A DNA stretch of 64,000 nucleotides from Leucoraja erinacea (lineage: Eukaryota), in NCBI RefSeq assembly GCF_028641065.1, contig NC_073396.1, positions 13,020,001-13,084,000 on the forward strand, given 5' to 3'. The notes under the pieces were generated by a model. It had not been told where the DNA came from, did not search any database, and was given only the letters and a program-made list of their open reading frames with translations. Within the stretch, counting starts at the first letter, position 1; every line of letters starts with the position of its first letter. Position numbers and translations under genes: made by a program. Positions 1-11,830 of this stretch are shown one piece after another.

Positions 1-449
1 CCAGTCTGGGGCATCGGAATGGGTGGGCAGATGGCAAATATTGGGGCAGTGGAGAAGGAGGTCAGAGACCCCTGAAGCTGGGGTGGGTCAGATAATCCAT
101 TCCATTGCAGGATGTGCACTCTGGCAGTGGCTATAACAGGTACAGGAGTTTGAGGCTCTTTCCTATTGATTGAGTTAATTTCCATTGTTCTGCATGGACT
201 CGTGGACATGAGTCCAATTCTCATCTACTTGCTCCAAAGCCCTGGAGCTCAGCTACAGTACTGACCTCTGCAGCTGGGATTCTAAACCCACACAGTCACA
301 GGGAGAACGTGCAAACTCCAAACAGACAGCACCTGTAGTCAGGATTGAACCCAAGTCGAGGAGCTGAGTGGGAGCAGCTTTACTAGTTGCACGGCTGTGC
401 TGACCCATGTGCACACATTCAAATGTTTGTCACACATGAACACACTCAC

Positions 450-515
450 CGCTGTACACTATTGTCACACTCAGCAGCATCATGTTCTTTGTGCGAATTA
501 GCCTCAACATCGATC
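450..515 (-). CDS. MFSD11: MFSD11-like exon 9 (gene continues beyond window start)
   Basis: ttttcag|(R)SMLRLIRTKNMMLLSVTIVYS(G)|gtgagt; 66 bp; resembles KSFKLCVTKEMLLLSITTAYTG of MFSD11. Confidence 0.88.
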
Positions 516-729
516 CTGAAAAAAAATGAGTTGGACATAGTAAGAAAAGTTTCTTGCCTCATCCTTGGCTATCTATACATTGTGAGTACAGAAGGGGGTT
601 TACAGTTCACAATCCTTTCTAGGTCCCTTTAGCCTGCCTCAGCATCTCTCACGTTAAAATATAGACCAAAACAGCACAGGAACAGGCCCTTCAGCCCACA
701 ATTTCTGTGTTGAACATGATGCGAAGACC

Positions 730-1055
730 AACTTTAGACTTTACTTTAGACTTTAGAAATACAGCACAAAAGCATGCCCTTTGGCACACTGAGTCTGTGC
801 CGCCCAACCATCACCATGTACACTAGCACTATCCTACACACTAGGGACAATTACATTTTTTTATTACTGAAGCCTATTAACCTACAAACCTGTACGTCTT
901 TGAGGTGTGAGAGGAAACCAGAGCACCCGGAGAAAACCCATGCAGTCACAGGGAGAATGTACAAACTCCATACAGACAGCACCCGTAGTCAATATTGAAC
1001 CCAGGCTCTGGCGCTATAAGACAGCATCACCACTGCTCCGCCACTGTGCAGCCCT
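730..1055 (-). mobile_element. HE1-like V-SINE
   Basis: Reverse complement of the V-domain (cacagggagaatgtacaaactccatacagacagcacc) with a (ctttaga)n tail. Further partial copies at ~290-410, ~6720-6970, ~7180-7300 and ~23515-23965. Confidence 0.78.
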
Positions 1056-2204
1056 CTATTCTGTCTGCACAAAATACATATCTCTCCATTCCCTGTACAT
1101 CCATGTGCCGATCCATAAATCTTTCAAATGCCACTGTCATATTTGCCTCCACCACCACCCCCGGCAGTGTGTTCCAGGCACTTACCATCCTCTGTGTAAA
1201 AATAATTTGTTCCGCACATATTTAAACTTTTCCCTTCTCACCTTAAAGCTGTGCGTTCTAGTATTTGATATTTCCATCCTGGGATAAAGGTTCTGACTCT
1301 GAAGCACCCTATCTATGCTTCAATTCCATCCCTTTACTGGGTATCCACCCTTTCCAGAATTGTCCACGTTCCTGCAACGCATTCCTCACTTGCCCATGGG
1401 AACAACAGGCAGCAACACCCCAGATACTGGTGTCTGAAATGAACAACTAGACTTAGCATGGATTTATAAAAAGGTGAAAATGTTTGATTCATGTCTTGGA
1501 TTACTCTGCAGATGTGATCAGTAAATGTGAAGTATTTGGATTTTCAGAAGGCTGTCAACAAACTGCACCACCCCCGCTCATTCATATATTATTATAATTT
1601 TATGCCATGCCAAGGAGCCCAATGTCAGGGTTAACATGTTGGATGAATACACAGTTTATAAGGGCAAAACATCTGAAGGATCTACTGGTCTGCACAAAGC
1701 TACACACTGCCCCAAAATGTGGGAAAAGGTAATGAGGGGTTTGTACACTTAAAAAATAGTTTTTAAAAAAACATAGGAGAAACAGGGCCACAGGAAAGAG
1801 ATCCCAGATAGAACACAGGATAACTTGTGAACAACATAATGTAATCTATGCAAGTAAATGTAAATAGTGCCACATCCTATCCATTGGGAAATAGGCAACA
1901 GCATCAGAGTTAGACTGACAGGGCACCTCAGCAATATAACAGGGGGAAACCAGTCTGTAGCTAATGGTAGACACTTCCAGCAGCACTGGATCTAGTCTCT
2001 GGAGATCCAGGGCCTGGCAACAAATGTGAATTTGTCACCACTTCAGAGGAAGAAGGCAGAGAAGAAACGGACTGAGGTATTACTGACTCAGTCTCCAAAC
2101 AAACTAATCACAGTATAGATTTAAACCAAGTGTAGATTGAAATTGACTCCATAAAATGACCGTCGGGGGAATGGAAGGGCAAGTGGGCTTGGAGAAAGCA
2201 CTTC

Positions 2205-2431
2205 ACCTCCCCCTCCCACCCACCCTGACCTTTACGTCCTGGGCTTCCTCCATTACCAGAGTGAGGCCCAGCGCAAATTGGAGGAACAGCACCTCATATT
2301 TCACTTGGGTAGTTTACACCCCCAGCGGTATGAACATTGACTGCTCTAATTGTAGAAACCCTTGCTTTCTCTCTCTTTCCCCTCCCCCTTCCCAGTTCTC
2401 CCACCAGTCTACTGTCTCTGCCTACTTCCTT

Positions 2432-2465
<34 letters not shown>

Positions 2466-2560
2466 TCCCGACATCAGTCTGATGAAGGGTCTCGACCCGA
2501 AATGTCGCCAATTCCTTCTCTCCATAGATGCTGAGTTCCTCCAGCATTTTTTGTCTATCT
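2205..2560 (+). mobile_element. Penelope-like 3' fragment with hammerhead motif and poly-C tract
   Basis: KLEEQHLIFHLG-type coding remnant; CTGATGA-AGGGTCTCGACCC-GAAATGTC at 2479-2506. Confidence 0.8.
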
Positions 2561-3070
2561 TTGGAGAAGGTAATGTTTCCACAGGGTAGGTCAAAGTGGC
2601 AATGCCTGGTGAAAATGAATCTCCAGCTGTAAGAACAAAGGGATTCTTATCCCAATGCATATAAAATGACAACCAGGATGAGTTCAATTTTTAAAATTCT
2701 CAGTGTGATTTCAAAACACAATTTCTTGATTACAGCTCCAACAGCAACAGAATCACTAAACTCACAAATTCTCATATATGACTATTCTTAATCCCTCACC
2801 ACTAATTACTGCACCTCCTTGGCCACATCCCACTACCCTTAAACCCATACCCATTCATCGCATCTTCCAATCAGCAAACTCTCCTACCCCACCAATCACC
2901 ACACCTCCAAATCCAACCACTTTCCCCCTTAATCATTGAACGACGCCAAAACAAATTACCATCCCTCCACACCCCTGCCTCCCTCGTGAGAAGCAAGAAA
3001 TCCTTTGCCCCCCTCATGAGATGCAACCAAACACACTGGCCTCAGCTTCAGCAGCAATGAAGCAACTTAC

Positions 3071-3120
3071 TGAACTCTGTAATAATCTGATCCAGTGTTG
3101 AGGCCACTTTTTCTTTAAAC
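3071..3120 (-). CDS. MFSD11: MFSD11-like exon 8
   Basis: gtcctag|FKEKVASTLDQIITEF|gtaagt; 50 bp; splice phases fit exons 7 and 9. Confidence 0.8.
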
Positions 3121-5286
3121 CTAGGACAACATCCAGAAAAAACAAGGATATTATAAAACTGTAAATGATCTCTAAGATAAAATAAAAGCACCATAAATGA
3201 TCTTGAAATGCTGCAAAACATTTTACAGTTTGGAAATGTGCTCTGTATGGTGATTGATATAACATGAGAAAGGCACGGACAGTTGGATCACCCCAGCATC
3301 TCCTGTGTTGCAATGTGATGATGACTGGGTTGTCTGCTTAAGCCAGTTGAGTGATATTGATTAATACATTGAGCAAGATTTGGGTTTTGTTTTTGAATTG
3401 GTATCACTTGATATTTTATATCATTTGTGAAGACAGATCAGTCCTTAATTAGTTTTATCATTAGTTTTCACCATTCCTGCGTCTCTTCAATACTGCATTG
3501 AGAGTCATTGTGAAATTTGGCCTCAAGTATGTGGAGATGGATTTGAACCCACTATCCCTGCCTCATTGGTAATATCGCCCATTACAATTCTTCACGAAAA
3601 GAAAAGTGCTGAGGAGCTCAGCAGATCGGGCAGCATATGTGGAAGACAATGTTTCAGGTTTAGACCCTTCTTCAGACTGGGTTCCTCTATCCAATCTCTC
3701 CACAGATGCTGCCTGACCCATTGAGTTCCTCCAGCAGTTTGTTTTTATTGCTCAAGATTTCAGCATCTGCAGTTTATTGTATTTCCCTTACTCTTCTTTT
3801 TTTCAGTCAGTCCCTCGGGATAGAAGATGACTTATCTTCACTGGTTCTGAGGCGGCTGATGAAACCTATGTAAGACGTGCAGACCATCCCACAGATGGGG
3901 CAGGTGGTGGTTGACTAAACAGGCAGGTGGGTAGTTTAAAAGGCAGGTTACTCTTTAAACTACTGACACAGAAGTTCTCAACACCATGTGCAATGTTCCT
4001 ACTCCACTTTGAGTGGTCATGGACCAAGTATTCTCAAGACTTAGTGGGGATGTTCCATTCCTTCAAGGTATCTTAAGCTCAAATAATTGACTCTACCTGC
4101 CTGGCATTCTCCAGGTTATCTCTTTCCATGTACTGAGTGTCTGCTTCAGAAGTATGACCTTGGACATGTGAATAACATGGCTTACTCAACGCAGCCCATG
4201 GACTATAACCAGGGACTCAATATCATGGATGTTTGATTATCCTTCTAATGAAAATGCTTGACTGCTGTGGGTAGATCAGGAATCAGAAGCATTTGAAAGG
4301 TATATTGCTGTCTAATAGAGAATGTTTTATGCCACACCTAAGGTTTTTGTCTTCAAACACCCTTTTCCGCAGATTTTGCTGATACATTGTGATACAGTGA
4401 TGAATTTGATCAGCAATGTCTGTTTTCACAGAGATATGGCTCCCACTAATTAGTAGGTGGACTTACTAGGGTTTTGTTGTGTACTCTAATTGTCAGAGGG
4501 ATTTTGTGTTGTGCAGTAAGAACATGCTAGTAGAGGACCTTTATGCTGTGGATATTGAGTGTAAGAGCCTCAATGCAAGCATTGACAATGGCTTGGAAGC
4601 TGATCTAACACTTTGATGGAAAGTTTGTTGGAGATATGATATTGGACCAAGAGGGACTGAGAAAAATCTTGGAGCAATGATGCAATAGTTTGTTGTAGAC
4701 ACGCTAGTTAATATCAGGGCTTGCATGTCGTTTTGCACTTTGAAAGGTCACGGGCCAGAGGTTCCCAAGAGTATTGTCCATTTTCCAGCAAGTTATGAGC
4801 ATAACCTTAAATCTTTTTCTTTGTCCACCTAGTAATCCTCTCCCATAACATAACTCAGCGTTTTAGATGTCAGATGTCAGCCATGTGAGCAAATTAGCCT
4901 GTCCAAAGTAGCCAACTGTGATTGAATAGAAACCTCAGTGATGAGGTTGAGCTGGGAAACAGCTTACCTGGTTCTCTGAAAAATGTGTTACAATATATCG
5001 TGTAACATCTAATAAAAAGGGTATTAAAAGTGTCTGATCAGTCTGAAGAACGTCACCCATTCCTTCTCTCCAGAGATGCTGCCTGTCCCACTGAGTTACG
5101 CCAGCATTTTGTGTCTATCTTCAATTTAAACCAGCATCTGCAGTTCTTTCCTCCACGTATTAAAAGTATGTTGAGGTATTAATTAAAATAACATCCAATA
5201 ATTATAAAGTCTGCCAACACAGCACCACCAAAATCTTTAGCATTTCAGTGTTTTACTACCCTATACTGCAATTTCACCTCTTCAGT

Positions 5287-5340
5287 GCGGTGGGAGATTG
5301 CAACCTTCACGTGGTCCACCCTGTTTCGACGAATGCAATC
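5287..5340 (+). ncRNA. Minimal HDV-like ribozyme motif, copy 1
   Basis: P1 GCGGTGG/CCACCCT, P2 GATTGCA/TGCAATC, P3 ACC/GGT, L3 TTCACGT, J4/2 CGAA (catalytic-position C at 5330). Confidence 0.8.
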
Positions 5341-5422
5341 AACCTGACGTGCATAAATGGAAGATCAAACAGAACAAGTTGTCTTACAGCTTTAGGTTGT
5401 GCACACCATATGCAAGAAGAAG
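5287..5422 (+). mobile_element. Short ribozyme-headed retroposon, copy 1
   Basis: TSD acctcttcag(t/c) at 5276-5286 and 5423-5433; (AAG)n tail; homologous to the copies at 23575 and 42343. Confidence 0.88.
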
Positions 5423-5615
5423 ACCTCTTCAGCATACCCAATATGTTCTCTATACATCCCCCACAAACCCTCTATGCAACCTTGTCCTAACCTGTCTCCT
5501 TGACACCAAGCCTTTTATATTTGTTAACATTCCAGTGGTGCATCATGAAATATGTTTGCAATATTAAAAATCCCTTGTAAATGGAAGTTGTAATTTCCTC
5601 CACTCTGAAACTTAC

Positions 5616-5754
5616 AACGTCTGAGAAGGAAGCAGAGTGTCGAATATCTGGCGGCTGTTGTCTGCGTGTTTGGTGTCCTTCAGCGTGACTAAAACGGCCG
5701 TGCCAGCAAGGGAGATCACAGAGAGCACGATGAACAGGGTCCACCTGTCATTAT
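5616..5754 (-). CDS. MFSD11: MFSD11-like exon 7
   Basis: ttgtcag|(D)NDRWTLFIVLSVISLAGTAVLVTLKDTKHADNSRQIFDTLLPSQT|gtaagt; 139 bp. Confidence 0.88.
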
Positions 5755-7062
5755 CTGACAACACAGAACAAAACACTTGCGTTTCTCTAATGCCGTCAGA
5801 GCACCATTTATTTCAGAGCATCCTATAACATATTATAGACAATGACATATACCGACATGTGATGGTGAGAAAACAATTTGGGCCTGAATAATATCCCATC
5901 GAGCAGCAATTTGATAGTGACCAGACTGTGGAAGCACATTGAGCAATAAATGATAGCCAGGACAATGAAAAGAGATTCATCTTCAAAATGGTACCTCGGG
6001 TTCCTTTACACCACTGGTCCTCAACCTGTGGCCGCTGTTCAAAATTAGGCCGCAAAGGATTTAAACTGAGTTATGAGGGGGTGCAAAAAACCTAATTTGA
6101 ATTTTATTTCATGCTTTAACTATGTTTTCTGTGATTTAATTTGACTTTCATTTCATGCTTTAATTTTGTGATTAACAAGCTGCAAAGCCAAAATAATATG
6201 TTTTGCAAACTCGAAATATTTTGACAGAATTATCAATTCATTAAATGTGCTGTCAGATATAAGTCCAAGCATTTGATCAATTTTCAGCCATGGATGAATA
6301 AGACTGGGAGTCACTGTTTACAACAGCCGGGAGTATGGAGGGACCTCACGCTGCATATCCCACACCAGGTGGTGGTCAACCTGCATTACATGCTACAGTT
6401 TTCGGAGCTAAGTTGAAAGGCAGGACCTATGAATTGCAATGCATGTCCCCAACTTCAGCTTGTGGAGCTTTGCCTGCCAGCAAGTTGTTTCTGCTTTCAC
6501 CTCACTAAGCTGGCTAGGGCTCTGACTGCATCGTCCAATTGCTCCATGAAATGGACAAGAGGTTCTAAATTGGTAAATGTCATAATAAGCCTGTTTGGAG
6601 TGCTCAACAGACCTGGATTACTCTGGACAAATAGACCCAGTTTAACATAGACAGACTTTGAATTCAAAACTGAAATTGTAGTACAGAAGAGGAGGTCATT
6701 TGGCCCATCAAGGTATTTGCTGGCTCACAGAACCATCGCGTTCCTCCACTAATTCTCCACAATATTCCCATCTATTCCACCACCCACCTACACAATGAGG
6801 CTAATTAGTTCTCAACCTCCAGAAAAATTTGTATGTAGGAGGAGACCACAGCAACAAGAGAAAGCCCATGCCGTCACAGGGAGAGCATGCAAACTCCACA
6901 TGGACAGCAACTGAGCTCCCTGGAGATGTGAGACAGCAGCTCTATCAGCTGTACCACTGTGCTGCCCAGTGTGGAGCCTGCAATGTAAAATCCACTGAGC
7001 TTCTCAGCCCTGCCCCACAAACCCTCCTCATAGGTATAGAACAAAACAGAGTCAGTGTTTAC

Positions 7063-7121
7063 CTGAGATTGTCATCACTTCTCTCCATTGCAGATAAACG
7101 TAGAGATTCCCAAACAACATG
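7063..7121 (-). CDS. MFSD11: MFSD11-like exon 6
   Basis: ttttgcag|MLFGNLYVYLQWREVMTIS|gtaaac; 59 bp. Confidence 0.9.
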
Positions 7122-7549
7122 CTGCAAAAAAAAACGCAAGCACCCAGTCAGACTTCCCACATCAGATGGGTTATCTCGACTTTACTTTGACTTTAGAGAT
7201 CCAGAGCGAAAACAGGCCCTTTGACCCACTGAGTCTGCGCCAACCGGCAGTCCCCATACACTAACACTATCCTACACCCTAGGGACAATTTAACCACTCA
7301 CCACTGCTCTATTCTTCCTCTCTCTCACACACTCCACTGCTCCATTGCTCCGTCCCTCAGCATCCCCAACTCCTTGTTCCTTCCCTAACCCTCAACTTCA
7401 CCCTCTCCCTCTCTCACTTTCTACCTGTGCTCCCTCCCTCAGCACCTGAACATGACCCAATTGGTTTCATTGGTATCAACCCAACTAAACATTACTGATG
7501 ACTAAGATCAACCTTGCTAGCTCCAGGCTACCATGACCATAGGGCTGTC

Positions 7550-7885
7550 AGACCCAAAACGTCACCCATTCCTTCTCTCCAGAGATGCTGCCTGTCCCGC
7601 TGAGTTATTATAGCATTTTGTGTATGACCTTAGGGCTACCATCTCCAGGCACCGATATGAAAAGAGGAAGAATACTAAGGGTAGACACAAAATGCTGGAG
7701 TAAGTCAGCAGGACAGGCAACATCTCTGGAGAGAAGGAATGGGTGACGCTTCGGGTCTGAAGAAGGGTCTTGATCCAAAACGTCATCCATTCCTTCTCTC
7801 TAGAGATGCTGCCTGTCCCGCTAAGTTACTCCAGCATTTTGTGTCTATCTTTGGGTGTAAACCACATATGCTGTTCCTTTCTACA
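7550..7885. mobile_element. Three Penelope-like terminal-repeat fragments in +/-/+ orientation
   Basis: Units of ccattccttctctccagagatgctgcctgtcccgctgagttactccagc at ~7550 (+), ~7681 (-) and ~7757 (+). Confidence 0.8.
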
Positions 7886-7954
7886 CAAGAATACCAAGGG
7901 ATTATCGTTAATGCATGTATCACTCTGCACCAGGAGAGTCTACACTTCCCTTAC

Positions 7955-8051
7955 CTGCACTGCAAGAGAGCCCAGAAAGTCCCAGTGTTCCTGTTGATAG
8001 TGGCAGAGTCAGAGTTCATGATGAGGAAAGTCCCCTGGGCTGTCCACAGTA
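7955..8051 (-). CDS. MFSD11: MFSD11-like exon 5
   Basis: ctttcag|(V)LWTAQGTFLIMNSDSATINRNTGTFWALLQC(S)|gtaagg; 97 bp; contains the UNC-93 family LWTAQG motif. Confidence 0.93.
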
Positions 8052-8669
8052 CTGAAAGAGAAGGATGAACATGTGCAGAGAAGTGCCCTCAGTTCCTTCC
8101 GCAGCCAGCATTGATTATGTGTGAAGTAACGCAACCTGGTTTAAAATGGCTGAGTTAAGAAGCGAACTTCAGAAAGGTGACCAATATTGCCAGTCCTGTT
8201 GTCCCAGTTAATGGGAAATATGCGCGTGACAAGGTCAAGTTTAAGCCCGCACCACTAATCAATGGCACAGATACACTTAGCCATAGTCATAGAGCATGAG
8301 GAAGAAATGGCCAATTGGCTCATCAGATCTGTGCTGGTTATCACAGGGCACAGTCTGGTATTTAATCTCCACACATTCCCATCAACTTTCCCCAGCTTCT
8401 GTAAATCACACATTAGTAATTTAAAATCACCAATTAACCTGTCACACCATACGTCTTAGGAAAAAGGAGAAAATCAGAGCTGTGAGATGTGCAAAGTCCA
8501 CACAGTCAGCAACAGGGGTTGGGGTTGAACTCTGGAGTTGAAACCATGTTTTTTTGGTTGGAGGGAGGATATTTGGATGGATAGAGGGAGAGAATGATAC
8601 AAGTTAAATGAGAAAGAGAAGCACTGATACTGAGATTTCCAAATGGAAAGTGTTTGATTCAGCACTCAC

Positions 8670-8749
8670 CAGCGGCTGCAAACCCAATGAGTGTTGAGGC
8701 AATGTACAGTGACCAAGTCATCGGCTTGCTGAAGGAAATCACGTAACCA
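8670..8749 (-). CDS. MFSD11: MFSD11-like exon 4
   Basis: tttccag|GYVISFSKPMTWSLYIASTLIGFAAA|gtgagt; 80 bp. Confidence 0.9.
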
Positions 8750-11520
8750 CTGGAAATAAATAAACACACGAGCTTCACCACAAGTACTTCTCACCTCAAG
8801 TCCATCCCAGAAAATAAAGCAGGGCTTTCAGGCCCCTCCCCTATTACATCCAATCACGCAACCCAGTTACAAGGAGCAGAAGAAAGCCATGCAGTCCTTT
8901 GAACTGTTACATGAGAACAGGAGAAGATCACTAGTTTCTTGATACCTTTACTTTATAACAGGTGATAAATGGCAAGTGGTATTTGAACTACCACCCAATG
9001 ACCATCTCCAACAAGAATGAGTCTAACCTCCTAACCTTGATATTTAATGACACTACCATCAACCATTGTGAATGCATAAATCATTTGTAGATGAATTATA
9101 GATGACAGATATAGAAAGAAATGGATGTGGACTTGAAGCCATTAAAGCAGTGCGATTGCAAGATAACCAAAGCTGGGAACTGAATATTCCAGGTACGTAA
9201 CATTTTTAAGGGAAGGCAGAATAGGAGAAGGGATGGTTAGGAAAGTTATGAAAAATTATCTTTACTCGGAAAATCAGGAATAAGATCATCCTGGGTGGAG
9301 AAAAGTAATAAATAGGGCTGTGTAGGAAGAAACTACGGATGCTGGTTTAAATCGAAGATAGACACAAAATGCTGGAGTAACTCATCAGGACAGCAGCATC
9401 TTTGGAGAGAAGGAATGCATGATGTTCTGGGTCGAGACCTTCTTCAAATAGGGCTTCCATTTTTCTCTCATCCCTCTCACCCTCCTCCCTTGGGGAAACC
9501 ACTTTTTTGGTTTTAAATTTCACTGCGACAATGACTAGAAAAAAAATGAAACAATGTGACTGAAGCCCTTCTGTTGCTAAATCCAATTACAAATTAGGCT
9601 TGATTCAAACAATGTGATCGTGACCAGCATGAATGATGAAACACATTCATTCTTCAAGAGAAGCAGCATTAAATCTGGACCTCGTCACAATGTCCACATG
9701 TGGTGGGGATCCCATGAATGTACTGTATTCCTCTTTTAAATAGTGGAATTTAATTTGTGGGACAACTTTGTTACAAGCTTGAGAATCAGTGCACAGACAT
9801 ATCAAATCAGCTAATGATTTGTTATGTAAGTTTCAGTTTAGTTTATTGTCACGTGTACCGATGTACTGGGAAAAGCTTTTGTTGCATGCAACCAGTCAGC
9901 AGAAAGACAATACATAATTACAATCGATCCATTTACAGTGCATCGATTAAGCTGCAATGTGAATTTAATTACACTTGCAAAGACCAAAATAAACTAATAC
10001 ATCTTATTGACTGGTAATTGTATACAACAAAATATACCCCGTATACACTAAATATATCCTATTTAGGGAAAAAACATTAGGAAGAGTACTCCCCAACCCC
10101 ATAACATTAGCTATGTACCTGGATATATTATTGGTCAATGAATAATGGGAGCTTACAATAAAGGTAATTATAGAGGATTTAAATCTTTATGTTGACAGGA
10201 TATTTGCAAATATAGTCTTGTGAATGAATTATGGAATGCATTCAAGAGAATTACCTAGAAAACCACTGTAGGCAGAGATCAAGTTATTTTAGATGTGACC
10301 TTAAAAGTACTTTGATAGAGTGATCTTAACATGATAGAACTTCATGTTCAGTTTGGAAGTGACAGAGTTAGGTCCACAGCATGTACTTGTATAGACAATT
10401 ACAAAATAATGAAAAGGGAGTTGGCCAAAATTAACTAGGAAATTAGAAAAATAATATGCAATGCTAGACAGATATTGGCAGATACTTAAAATAAATATTT
10501 TACAATGCTGAACACAGATGGTGCTATCAAGGAATGAAGAATCTACACAAGAGAAAATCCATTCATTATTAATAAATATTAAGGATGATAATAGACTGAA
10601 AGAAAAAACCTTATAATGTTGCAAAGTTGCCAGTGGATTGGGAGCAATTTAAAAACCAGCAAAGGATTACTACAACTGTTGATACAAATTGGGGAAAAAA
10701 GTGAAGCAAACGAGCAAAACAGATTGTAGGAGTTTCTATAAACACATAACAGAACAAAACAGGAATTATAACTTTGTTCCATCAGAAGCAAAGGCAGGAA
10801 AAATAATAAGGAAGAATAAAAAGAATGACAAAGATAAATATATTGAATCTATCTTCACAGTATAAGAAAGAAAAAATAATTATCACAAGAGAAAACAAAC
10901 CAGGTAAACTGCTGATCAGATCAATAACTGATAAATTCCAGAACCTGATAGCACACAACCTATGGTTCTCAAACAAAAGTAAGCATAATTTTTTTTTTAA
11001 TTCCTTAGATCCCATAATTACAGAGCAGAAACTCAAAAAACATGAATCCATTATTCAAGAAAGGAGAAATAAAGAAAACAGGAAATTGTCTGCCACCTTT
11101 TCCTCAACTTTAATCATTGGGAATGCGTATTTAATTCAGTAGTAATTGGTCACTTGAAAAGTAATTCTGTCTTGGGCAGAGCCATAATTTTATGAATGGA
11201 GTATTGTGCTTGACAAATTTATCACAGTAAGTAAGCAATACTCTTTGAGTATGTAACTCACAAGTTGGGTGCAGTGCTGTGGGATTTCCAAAAGGCACTC
11301 TAAAAAGAGTAACATAAAAGGTTATTCCATAAGGAAAGGGCTCCTAGTATTGAGTAACAAATCAGCAAGGATAGAGTTGGTTGACTGACAAAAAAACAGG
11401 AAGTAGAGATGAACAAGCAATTTTCAGATTAGCAAATTTTGACTGGTGGAGTTAAAGAATCAGTACTGGAGCCTCGACTCTTTAAATTATCTTAATTGAA
11501 CTAGATGAATGGTCTGACTA

Positions 11521-11830
11521 CTCGAAAACCCCTTGATTCAAGTTTCCCCCTTGATTCTAACTTGGGGAGTGTCGGGTAATGTCGGTAGTGAGCTCGTAGG
11601 AGCCCATAGGAGTCCGTAGATGTTTCGTAGCGGCTCGTAATGCCAGCCGTAGGAACTCGGGGCATCAGGTAAGTCGGGACGTTTTTTCAAAATGTTGAAA
11701 AATGTCCACAAGTTAAAAAAATAGCCCCGAATACATACGAATGGCTATTACCGTAATTCTCCGAGTTCAAATCAAGGGGAAAACTCGGGAGAGTTCATGA
11801 GTAACTCGGGAAAGTAGGACAGGGCCTTAA
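11521..11830. mobile_element. Non-autonomous DNA transposon fragment, Harbinger/Kolobok-like end
   Basis: Ends aaagtaggacagggcc|ttaa; internal inverted ccccttgattc...aatcaagggg; CpG-rich compared with the flanks. Confidence 0.45.

Noticed and set aside
1390-1433. Minus-strand AG...GT exon-like segment between MFSD11-like exons 8 and 9
   Set aside because: No similarity to the family, and exons 8 and 9 already join in frame.
2156-2687. Poly-Pro and poly-Gly ORFs
   Set aside because: Translation artefacts of a poly-C tract inside a Penelope terminal repeat.
5287-5340. tRNA- or 5S-derived head for the short retroposon
   Set aside because: No convincing A/B boxes or cloverleaf; the pairing pattern is fully explained by the HDV-like fold.
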